A stretch of 64,000 nucleotides of DNA from a virus, in IMG/VR virus record IMGVR_UViG_3300036826_000261, positions 1 through 64,000 of that record. One strand, written 5' to 3'. Of this stretch, positions 37,876 through 46,046 are shown piece after piece; the first letter of the stretch is position 1; every line of letters starts with the position of its first letter. The notes under the pieces are model-generated. The model saw nothing but the letters and a program-made list of their open reading frames with translations, was not told where the DNA came from and searched no databases. Both the position numbers and the translations under genes were made by a program.

Positions 37876-38063
37876 AAGGCGGCCTTGCTCCGAATCCGGA
37901 GGAAATGATTATCAACGCTTATCGGTTGGCGGATCGTTACAAACAAGACCCGATGACGTTTTTGCAGCAACCGTTGTCGCAAATAAACATGCACGTTTAC
38001 TACACGCTCAAACTGATCGAGTTGCAGAACGCGGCACGGGCGCGTGAGAATGAAGACGAGTGA
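37846..38063 (+). CDS. Probable -1 frameshift extension of the tail chaperone (E+E'-like)
   Basis: T6 run at 37846-37851; the -1 frame is open to 38063 (YRLA..Y..DP..FL). Confidence 0.6.
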
Positions 38064-38070
38064 AAAGCAT

Positions 38071-38257
38071 GAAGGGTGACCCGTTCCCAGATCACCCTTC
38101 ACTTGTGCCGACCATGACGAGACCGGCCCGGCCAGACGGCGCCAAGGCCAAACCCCGACAAACCACGCCTGCCAAGTCTGGCTTTGCTTGGCCAAATCTT
38201 ACCGCGCCAGACCTTGTCGCGCCGAACCGCGCCTGTCCTCGCCTGCCATGCCTAAGA
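38071..38257 (-). ncRNA. Solo GGY-NN guide RNA cassette 2 (two units)
   Basis: Minus strand: TAGGCATGGCA, 14 pentamers, GGCA, about 8 pentamers; ends in hairpin GAAGGGTGA/TCACCCTTC (38071-38100) followed by ATGCTTTT. Confidence 0.85.
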
Positions 38258-38264
38258 ATTGGTG

Positions 38265-38293
38265 TAGGTAGTTTATTTGTTTGCGACTGTCAA
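38265..38293 (-). promoter_or_regulatory. Sigma70-type promoter for solo guide cassette 2
   Basis: TTGACA (38293-38288), 17 nt, TACCTA; 10 nt upstream of the TAGGCATGG leader; same geometry as cassette 1. Confidence 0.7.
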
Positions 38294-38310
38294 GTTCGGG
38301 AATCGTTGTA

Positions 38311-40806
38311 ATGGCGACTGAACAAGAGCAACTGGAACTTGTCGTCACGCTTGATGATCAAGAAGCGCTGGCGAAGCTTGCCAATCTGAAAAATCAACTG
38401 GCCAACATGGGGTCAGGGTCTTCGGGGTTTGGCAAGGTCGGTGAGAGTGTCGAGCGTGCAACCAAAGGCGTCAAGGATTTAAGCTTCGAGATCGCCAAGG
38501 GCACGTTCTGGGGCAACATGTTTGCCGAGGCAGGCAAGGAAGTTCTCAAGTTCGGCGAAAAAGTTGTCGAGAGCGCGACGGACATCCAAGGGTTATCGAA
38601 ATCGATCGTCGATCTTTCGACGACCGCTTCGCGCATGGGAACAAGTTTAGGTCAACTGCGCTCCAATCTGCGCGTGTTCGATGAAATGGGAGTCGATGCC
38701 GGCAAGGCCACTGCGACATTGCAGGGTTTGGCCGATTCGATGGGCGATCTGCAAACGATTAACGGTCGGCTGCGCGGTCAATTGCGCAGTGGCGGATTTC
38801 TCGAACTACAGGAGATGCTGAAGGTTCTGCAAGACGCTGACGAGGCGAAGACGGTCGAAGAGTTCGGCGAGACCATGCGCAAGGCCGCCGAGAAGGTGCG
38901 GGAGCGTTGGACCGATCTCGCCGGTCCTGAAAAAGGCGCAGAGATGCAGCGGCGGTTTCTGGCGTTGCTCAAGGCGCCGGAGCTGGATCAGCTCGAAGGC
39001 AAACTCGGCAAAATAAACAAACAACAAGATGAGTTTTCCAAAAGACAGGAAACCATTCTGAAGCAATTCTACGCGGCTAGTCGCGGTATGGCGGAAGGTC
39101 TTGAGCGCATCGGGCAAGCGATCGGCACGGTGGTTGCAGCGATGAATTTGCCGTGGATGCAGACATTGGCCGACACGTTCAAAGCTGGTGCGGAATACGC
39201 CGAACGCATTGCGCTGGCGCTGACCAAGTTGAATGTCACACCAACAGAGGCAAAAAGCGCGATCCAAGACACGTTCGGCAAGTTTGGTCTAGGTGTGCCG
39301 GCGCCGAGTTTCAACGAGCGTTTCGGGACATGGCCCGGTGCGACCGCGGCGCCGATGAAATTCATCGGCGGCAGTGTGCAGGGCGGTGAGTGGGACAGCC
39401 GCAATTTCACGGCCAGCGGCAACGATTTTTGGCGCAATCTGCAGGGTCGCGGCGACGTCGATATCGAAGACCGGCGCAATCTCGAAGATAACACCGATCA
39501 GACCAAACAGCTCACTGAGCAGATGCGCCAGCTCAATGATGCATTGACCAATCCGATGGCGACGGGACGTGGCGGCGGCTTGGCTGCGATGGGCGCAGCG
39601 CTCGGTCTCGGCGATCTCGGCGGTGGCGGTGGCGGCGGCGGTGGCGGCGGCGGCGGCGGTCGTGCGCGACCGTGGGCGCTACGCAGTCCGAGTGATGCGC
39701 CTTACGGCAATGATGCTGGACCCGGCACCGGCAAGGGTGCCGGTGAATCCCCTGCGGCCATGGGTGCCCCACCGGGTCCCGGCGGTCCTGGTGGCATTAC
39801 GGCGCCGGCCGGGACGCCGATCATGCGCGGCGGCACTACAACGGTGACGACGGCGAGCGGGCACAAGTTTCAGGTTGCTGCCGCCTACGCGAAAAATTTC
39901 CAGGGCTTCATCAACGATTACGAAGCGGCTGGCGGTGTCATCGGTCCCAATTCCGGCACGCTTGGCAGTCGGCCGAGCAATGCATCTGGACATCCGATCG
40001 GTACGGCGTTCGATCTCAATCAAGTCGCGCGCAACGTTCGCAAGGGTGGCGTATCGCTGCCGCAGGAGCAAGAGGAAGCGCTGGCGAAAAAATGGGGTCT
40101 TGTCTCGGGCAGCCAGTGGCGCAATCCCGATGCCGGACATTTCGGCATTCGCAGCGCCAAGGCAGCGCGCGACGCGTTGATCGCCAATGGCGTGCCGGAG
40201 GGTGAAGCCAACAAGATCGTCGGCGGTGCCGCCAGCGGCGGGGCGGTCGGCGGCAGTGCCGGTGATGCCGCCAAGGTTAGGGGCTCATGGTTCGGCAACG
40301 CACCGGGTTGGCATGACCCATCCGAGCCGGTGGATAGTCCGAAGAGCAATCGGCCCGGCATTGCGTTGCCGTCCAAAGCGACGCTTGGTCAGATGTTCGA
40401 GGTGACGACGCCGGACGGTCGCAAATTTATGTTGCCGCAAACCGATGTCGGACCGGCAGCGCGCACCGGGCGCGGCGTTGATATCACGGCGGCAGCGGCG
40501 GCGAGGATGGGTTATACCGCGAAGAATTTTCCGACCGATGAACGCTTCATGGTGCAGCCGGCGTCCAAAAGCATGGACGCAGCGATTGCCCGTGGCGCGG
40601 AGCTGGATAAGGAGCGCGAAACGACGGTGACCGGCAAAGGCCATTTGAAAGTCGATATCAATGGCCCACCCGGCACGCGAGCGAGCGCGACGGGCGAAGG
40701 GCTGCTGAAAGACACCTCGATTTCGCGTGCGACGCAGATGGCGCCGGCCAGCTCCGGGCCGACCAATCCGGCCGGCGACACGCCGTACGTGTTCGGCGGG
40801 ACTTAA
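38311..40806 (+). CDS. Tape measure protein with C-terminal M15-like peptidase and DPBB/RlpA-like domains
   Basis: Helical N-terminal half; S.H..G.AFDLN...WGL.SG..W...D..HF; TDVGP...TGR.VDIT..AA; position after the chaperone. Confidence 0.8.
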   Translation: MATEQEQLELVVTLDDQEALAKLANLKNQLANMGSGSSGFGKVGESVERATKGVKDLSFEIAKGTFWGNMFAEAGKEVLKFGEKVVESATDIQGLSKSIVDLSTTASRMGTSLGQLRSNLRVFDEMGVDAGKATATLQGLADSMGDLQTINGRLRGQLRSGGFLELQEMLKVLQDADEAKTVEEFGETMRKAAEKVRERWTDLAGPEKGAEMQRRFLALLKAPELDQLEGKLGKINKQQDEFSKRQETILKQFYAASRGMAEGLERIGQAIGTVVAAMNLPWMQTLADTFKAGAEYAERIALALTKLNVTPTEAKSAIQDTFGKFGLGVPAPSFNERFGTWPGATAAPMKFIGGSVQGGEWDSRNFTASGNDFWRNLQGRGDVDIEDRRNLEDNTDQTKQLTEQMRQLNDALTNPMATGRGGGLAAMGAALGLGDLGGGGGGGGGGGGGGRARPWALRSPSDAPYGNDAGPGTGKGAGESPAAMGAPPGPGGPGGITAPAGTPIMRGGTTTVTTASGHKFQVAAAYAKNFQGFINDYEAAGGVIGPNSGTLGSRPSNASGHPIGTAFDLNQVARNVRKGGVSLPQEQEEALAKKWGLVSGSQWRNPDAGHFGIRSAKAARDALIANGVPEGEANKIVGGAASGGAVGGSAGDAAKVRGSWFGNAPGWHDPSEPVDSPKSNRPGIALPSKATLGQMFEVTTPDGRKFMLPQTDVGPAARTGRGVDITAAAAARMGYTAKNFPTDERFMVQPASKSMDAAIARGAELDKERETTVTGKGHLKVDINGPPGTRASATGEGLLKDTSISRATQMAPASSGPTNPAGDTPYVFGGT

Positions 40807-40809
40807 ACC

Positions 40810-41412
40810 ATGCCGACGATCCGCGAATTGCCAAGCGCGTGGCGCGAACGGTTGTTGCCGGCGCATTTCGACGGCCGGATGTTTCATGTCGAGAGCGGTT
40901 CACGTGAATCCGGTCGTCGGGTCGTCGTGCATGAATTTCCGAAAAAAGAGGACCCTTATTCCGAGGACATGGGCAAGCGCGCGATTGCGTTCACGGTGCG
41001 TGGTTATTGCATTGTCTATCCGCACGATGACCCGTCCGCGACATCGCTCTATCGCCAGGATTATCAGATCGCGCGCGATGCGTTGATTGAGCGGTTGGAA
41101 ACCGGCGGCACGGGCGTGCTGCAACTGCCGACGCTGGCGCCGCTCAAGGTAAAGTGTCAGCGCTACCGGATCACGGAGGAAGAAAAAACCGGTGGCTATT
41201 GCGTGTTCGACATGCAGTTCATCGAGGCCGGCGTGCAGCCGTTCATGCCGAACGTCGATACGGCAACGAACCTTCGCATGCAGGCGGATCAGCTCAAGCA
41301 GCAGGTCGCCAGTGTCTGGGCCGCGCAACGCGCCAAGACCGGTCTTGAGGATACCAGACTCAAATTCTTGACCGGACCGCCGCCGCCGAGCACAGGCACG
41401 CAACGACGATGA
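40810..41412 (+). CDS. DNA circularization protein, N-terminal domain (Mu gpN-like)
   Basis: WR..L.PA.F.G..F.V, GRR.VVHEFP and EDMGK motifs. Confidence 0.9.
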   Translation: MPTIRELPSAWRERLLPAHFDGRMFHVESGSRESGRRVVVHEFPKKEDPYSEDMGKRAIAFTVRGYCIVYPHDDPSATSLYRQDYQIARDALIERLETGGTGVLQLPTLAPLKVKCQRYRITEEEKTGGYCVFDMQFIEAGVQPFMPNVDTATNLRMQADQLKQQVASVWAAQRAKTGLEDTRLKFLTGPPPPSTGTQRR

Positions 41413-42077
41413 TCAAAACCGACGCCGTTGAAGCGCAGAAAATTCTAGACCCTGTTCTGGTGTCGCTGTTGAGCTGGGCGGCGACCACGGGGCGCGCCGG
41501 GTCGGCGTTGCGCACCATGGTCGGCGACGTGCGGGCCTACGCAATGCCGCTGTTGCAGAATGACATGATCGAGTTGCCGCTGATGACCTGCTTCAATCTG
41601 GCGGTCGCCACCGGCATCAACATCTATCAGGTCGAGACGGTGCGACGTACCGCAGCCGCACAGCCGGCGGTGTCGGTCGGCGCGATCATGACCAAGGATA
41701 CGCTGATCCAGATCGCGCTGGCGACGGCGGGCGTGGTGATCGCCAATATGACGTTCACCAGCCGGCAGGATGTCGATCAGATCAGAAACGCCGTCAACGT
41801 CGCGTTTGCGGAGATCGAGGAAATCCTCGCCGATCAGATGGACGCGATGTCGTGGCGCGCGGTGATCAAGCTGCACGCGGCGATCATCCATCATCTGGTC
41901 GAGACCGCGCGGCCGTTGCCGCGCATGCTGAACTACCGCTTCGCGGATTCATTGCCGAGCGTGGTGCTGGCGCATCGATTGTACGCCGACGCGTCGCGCG
42001 CCGACGAGCTGGTCAAGGAAAACAAGATCGTGCATCCGGGTTTCTGTCTGCGCCAAGGGCAGGCGTTGTCGTCGTGA
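41409..42077 (+). CDS. Mu gpN C-terminal-like protein
   Basis: LPS.VLA.RLY.DA.RADEL...N.I.HPGF motif. Confidence 0.8.
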   Translation: MIKTDAVEAQKILDPVLVSLLSWAATTGRAGSALRTMVGDVRAYAMPLLQNDMIELPLMTCFNLAVATGINIYQVETVRRTAAAQPAVSVGAIMTKDTLIQIALATAGVVIANMTFTSRQDVDQIRNAVNVAFAEIEEILADQMDAMSWRAVIKLHAAIIHHLVETARPLPRMLNYRFADSLPSVVLAHRLYADASRADELVKENKIVHPGFCLRQGQALSS

Positions 42078-42262
42078 TGTTCTGGGTGGAAATCGCCATC
42101 GCGACGATCATCGGCTTTCTGGTCGGCGTGGTGACGATGGGCACGTTTCTCAAGAGCGTCAGAAACATCGAGATGGAGGATCGGATCGTCAGCATGATTC
42201 GCGATGCGCAAGAGCGAGCGCTGCGGGATCGCGAGGTGCCGCCGGGTCCGCCCAAGAGTTGA
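42077..42262 (+). CDS. Small membrane protein
   Basis: N-terminal hydrophobic helix; TGATG coupling. Confidence 0.55.
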   Translation: MFWVEIAIATIIGFLVGVVTMGTFLKSVRNIEMEDRIVSMIRDAQERALRDREVPPGPPKS

Positions 42263-42269
42263 GTTGACC

Positions 42270-43739
42270 ATGGACCGGCTTTACATCAGTCCGCTGCCGC
42301 AACCGAAAAGCGGTTACGAGGCGCCGGATACTCCGCAGTTTGGTCCGCAGGCCAATCAGAACGGCGTGCTCGACGCCGCGATCGCGCTGGACCACATCGT
42401 GACGCGGCCGGACTTGGTGCGGGTCGATGCGGACGGCAGCATCAGCGAGATCGCGACGCTGATCGTCGGCGGTCTGAAGTTCGAAGACTGGGAATCGGTG
42501 TGGATTCAGTGGAGCTGGGCCGACGCGTTCTCGCAATTCAGGTTCTCCTGCGCCGAGCGCGAGCCGTATCCGCTGCCGGGACAGGTGCTGCAATTCGCGC
42601 CGGGCACCACGGTCGAAATCTATCTCGGCGGCGTGCAGGTGATCACCGGCGTGATCATCACCCGGCAGGTGGCCTACGACGCGGAAAGCCATGTCGTGCA
42701 GTTGCAAGGCGTCAGTTCGTCATGGTTCGCGGCGCGTTCCGGCATCGATCACAAGACATCGGATTTCGATGGCAAGAGCTTCACGCAGATCGCGTCCGAG
42801 ATACTGGGGCCGACCGGCGTCGGGTTCACGACGGTCGGTGAGATCGACGAAACGCCGTTCAAGTCGGGCGCGACGCCGTCGGCCGGCGAGACCATCATCG
42901 CGTTTCTGGAGCGGCTGGCGCGCGATCGCAAGATCATCGTCAGCAACACGCCGGATGGAAAATTCTTGTTCATCGGTGACCACGAGTGGCCGCCGACTGG
43001 CGATCTGATCGAGGGTATCAATATCAAAAAGATGCAATGCGTGATCTCCAGCGACACGGCGTATTCGGATTTTGTCGTCAAGGCGCAGAAGGCGGCAAGC
43101 GATTCCGAGTGGGGCGCCAAGGCCAGCGAGCAGGAAGCGCGGGTCAAGGGCTCGCTCGGTCCGTACAGCATCCTGCTCACCGCGATCGAGCATCCGGTGT
43201 GGACGGCGGCGGAAGTCGCCAAGCGGGCGCAGACCGAAAAGATGTGGAATGACGATCTCGGCCGGATCGACGCCAATGTGCTGGTCTATGGCTGGTTTCG
43301 CCCGTTGCCGCAGGTGATGCAGACCAACACGCCGCCGGACATGACGCTCGGCGGACCGACCACCGGGCATACGCTGTGGATGCCGGGCGACGACGTGATC
43401 GTGCATTCGCCGATGGCGATGCTGTATCAGCAGCCGCTGAAGATTCGCACGGTGACATGGACGCAGGACAACAACGGCGGCACGCAGACATTGCTGCAAT
43501 GTACCTTGCCGGAAGGTCTCAATGGGCATCCGGTGCCCAAGGCGCGGTCTGATCCCAACAAGCCGGCGGAAACACCGGCCGATCAACCGGAAAATCCGCC
43601 GGTCGATCCGCCGACACAAGCGCCGGCCACCGTGTCGCCGCCCGGCGATTGGATGCCGGACTGGCTGAGGCGCCTGCAGATCGGTCCGACGTTCGATGAG
43701 CGGTTCGGCAACTGGCCGAACAATGCACCGGGGGGTTGA
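42270..43739 (+). CDS. Baseplate hub protein (Mu gp44/gpP-like)
   Basis: F..WESV.I, GET...FLERLAR, LIEG.NI and LW.PG..V.V motifs. Confidence 0.85.
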   Translation: MDRLYISPLPQPKSGYEAPDTPQFGPQANQNGVLDAAIALDHIVTRPDLVRVDADGSISEIATLIVGGLKFEDWESVWIQWSWADAFSQFRFSCAEREPYPLPGQVLQFAPGTTVEIYLGGVQVITGVIITRQVAYDAESHVVQLQGVSSSWFAARSGIDHKTSDFDGKSFTQIASEILGPTGVGFTTVGEIDETPFKSGATPSAGETIIAFLERLARDRKIIVSNTPDGKFLFIGDHEWPPTGDLIEGINIKKMQCVISSDTAYSDFVVKAQKAASDSEWGAKASEQEARVKGSLGPYSILLTAIEHPVWTAAEVAKRAQTEKMWNDDLGRIDANVLVYGWFRPLPQVMQTNTPPDMTLGGPTTGHTLWMPGDDVIVHSPMAMLYQQPLKIRTVTWTQDNNGGTQTLLQCTLPEGLNGHPVPKARSDPNKPAETPADQPENPPVDPPTQAPATVSPPGDWMPDWLRRLQIGPTFDERFGNWPNNAPGG

Positions 43740-43763
43740 TCACGCAAGAGGAACGATCAACCG

Positions 43764-44012
43764 ATGAAGACGGCTTTGATTCTGTTAGCACTGGCGCACG
43801 CATCGCCGGTGCACGAGTTCTACAGCGACGCCTGCTGCGCCGGTCAGCACTGCCATCCGGTGCCGTGCGAGGAAGTGATTTCGACCGACAACGGTTGGAT
43901 ATGGCACGGTCGTAATTTCGAGAAGCACATGCTGCGCATCGCGCCGGACGGCGCCTGTCATGTCTGCGTCGCCGCCGCGCCGGTTTGTATCTATCTGCCA
44001 CCAAAGGTCTGA
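43764..44012 (+). CDS. Small secreted Cys-rich protein
   Basis: Signal-like N-terminus; H..Y...CC....C.PV.C and DG.CHVC motifs. Confidence 0.7.
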   Translation: MKTALILLALAHASPVHEFYSDACCAGQHCHPVPCEEVISTDNGWIWHGRNFEKHMLRIAPDGACHVCVAAAPVCIYLPPKV

Positions 44013-44014
44013 TC

Positions 44015-44995
44015 ATGCATCGCTCGACACCCGCGGACACCTTGCGTCGCGCCTATGACAGCGGCGGCTGTCGTACCTGCATCGACAAGGTCGATGACAG
44101 CCGCATGATGCAGGAGATGGCGGGAAATTTCATGAAAGGGGAGTCCCGCAAGGCGCTGGAGGCGGCGCAGAACTACGGCTTTTCGTCGGTGGTGATGCCA
44201 GCGACCAAGGGCAGCGATGGTCAGATTCAGGAATGCGCCGAGGGGTTTATTTCCTTTCTGGGCGGCAACCGGTCGTTTCCGGTCTGCACGGTGATGGATG
44301 ATCGACGGCATCGGCCGATGCAGTTGCCGCCGGGCGCCAGCGCGCAGTACGGACCGAACACCGACTACGGCCGCGCGCTGACCTTGATCAAGCCGACGCC
44401 GCAGGACCAAGGCAGTTCGGGCGGCTCGTCCGGCGGCGGCGGCAGCACACGCGATTCCAGCGGTGGCGGCAGCAGTAGCAGCGGCGAGTACGGCGCGTTC
44501 ATGGTGGTGCCGCATCCGCAGGAATATGCCTCAATGCGGCACATTAACAACAAGAAGCAGCCGCGACCGCAAGGCGCGATGGGCACGCAGCAAGGCGGCG
44601 GCGGCGGCGGCCAGTCGCAACAGGGCGATCAGCAGCAACAGTACAATCACGAGAAGGGCGACAGCATCAACACCGAGATGCGTTGCACCAACAGCCGCAT
44701 CGAGTTTCGCAGCGGCGACACCGTGGTCGGCTACTACGACAAGAGCGCGTCGAAATGGGCGTTCATCGGCGAGGTGCATCTCGGCGTCGAGAGTGCTTCA
44801 CATCGGGTGTACGGCGTCAACGGCGATGTCGGCATGACCACGGCATCATCCGGTAGCGGCGCGGTGCTGGTCAATGCGACGCAGCCGGGACCGCCAACCT
44901 CATTGGACAATCAACCCTACGTGCTGGCGATGGAGCAGCGGTTCGAGGCGCGCATCGCCGAGCTGGAAGCAAGACTTGCCGCACTGGGAGGCTGA
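44015..44995 (+). CDS. Baseplate spike protein (Mu gp45-like)
   Basis: E..QNYGFSS, GGNRS.PV....DDRRHR and L.PG...QY motifs. Confidence 0.85.
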   Translation: MHRSTPADTLRRAYDSGGCRTCIDKVDDSRMMQEMAGNFMKGESRKALEAAQNYGFSSVVMPATKGSDGQIQECAEGFISFLGGNRSFPVCTVMDDRRHRPMQLPPGASAQYGPNTDYGRALTLIKPTPQDQGSSGGSSGGGGSTRDSSGGGSSSSGEYGAFMVVPHPQEYASMRHINNKKQPRPQGAMGTQQGGGGGGQSQQGDQQQQYNHEKGDSINTEMRCTNSRIEFRSGDTVVGYYDKSASKWAFIGEVHLGVESASHRVYGVNGDVGMTTASSGSGAVLVNATQPGPPTSLDNQPYVLAMEQRFEARIAELEARLAALGG

Positions 44996-45006
44996 TATAC
45001 AATAGA

Positions 45007-45087
45007 AACGCAACGGCTGAAGCATTGGAAGTGCTCCAGCCGTCACTTGACCTAGCAACCTTGTAGGGAAGGCTGCCATGCCCAAAG
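45007..45087 (+). promoter_or_regulatory. Structured leader of an endonuclease gene (copy 2)
   Basis: Near-identical to 10925-11003. Confidence 0.7.
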
Positions 45088-45698
45088 TTCTGTCTAGCAC
45101 AAACCAACGCAAGAAGCAGTGTGCGGCTGCATCTCGTCGATATAGAGCCAAGCATAAGCAGAAACACGCTGCGCTGAACCTTGTCAGTTACTACCGATTA
45201 AAATCTGATCCTGAGTGGTTAGCGAAACGTCGCGCTAAGGCGACGATAAACGCACGAAAATGGCGTGCCGCAAACCCTGAAAAATGTCGAGCAGCACAGC
45301 GTCGATATCGCAATAAAGATAACAACCGAGAAAAAATAAACCAACGAACTAAACGATGGTTAGCAGCCAATCCAGACCAACTTTTGAAACGTCGTGCGCA
45401 GTCCTTAGCTTGGGCGAAAGCCAATCTAGGTTTGCATCGTAAATACAAACTAGGCATCACGCCAGAACAGTTTGGTGCAATGCTAGAATCTCAACAGCAT
45501 AGATGTTTGGTTTGTCGGATCGATTTGCGAACACTGCGCGGGAAAAACGTTCATCTTGATCATTGCCATAGCACAAACCGTGTTCGAGGAATTTTGTGCC
45601 ACGGATGCAATACAGCTCTTGGTTTCATGAAAGAGAATGCCGCTAATTTGAGGGCGCTAGCGGACTACATAGAAGGGTTCTCGACATGTCGTGTCTGA
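45078..45698 (+). CDS. Endonuclease VII-domain homing endonuclease
   Basis: GIT...F..M...Q...C..C and HLDHCH....VRGILC..CN..LG motifs; basic N-terminal repeats; low GC. Confidence 0.88.
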   Translation: MPKVLSSTNQRKKQCAAASRRYRAKHKQKHAALNLVSYYRLKSDPEWLAKRRAKATINARKWRAANPEKCRAAQRRYRNKDNNREKINQRTKRWLAANPDQLLKRRAQSLAWAKANLGLHRKYKLGITPEQFGAMLESQQHRCLVCRIDLRTLRGKNVHLDHCHSTNRVRGILCHGCNTALGFMKENAANLRALADYIEGFSTCRV

Positions 45699-45934
45699 AT
45701 CTGGCTTTCCTCGAAAATTTGATCGTCTGGGTGATCATCGTCGCGGCGATCGTCGCGGTCATCAAGCTGCTGTTGCCGCCGCTCAACTCTTTCACGCCGT
45801 TCGGCATTCCACTCGGGCAGATCGTGATGATCATTCTCTACGCGATCATCGCGATCTTGATCGTGTATCTGATCTTCAGCCTGCTGGCGTGTCTGCTCGG
45901 GAGCGGCCCGCCCTTTCATACCCTTCGACCATAG
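45686..45934 (+). CDS. Small two-TM membrane protein, holin-like candidate
   Basis: Two long hydrophobic segments. Confidence 0.6.
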   Translation: MSCLNLAFLENLIVWVIIVAAIVAVIKLLLPPLNSFTPFGIPLGQIVMIILYAIIAILIVYLIFSLLACLLGSGPPFHTLRP

Positions 45935-46046
45935 CGGCCAAGTCGAAGTCACGCCACCGAACCCGGCGACGCCTGACCATCCCAGTCAGGTGGCGCCGCT
46001 GCCGCCTGAACCGCCGCCGCCACCGAGCATTTGCAAAGGCTGCTGA

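Noticed and set aside
37872-38311. ORFs 38060-38311 (+) and 37872-38195 (-), and similarly 31069-31335 and 30904-31155
   Set aside because: They overlap the solo guide cassettes and promoters and show no protein-like features.
39619-39660. GGC/GGT tract as another guide
   Set aside because: Period 3, in frame, encoding a poly-Gly linker of the tape measure protein.
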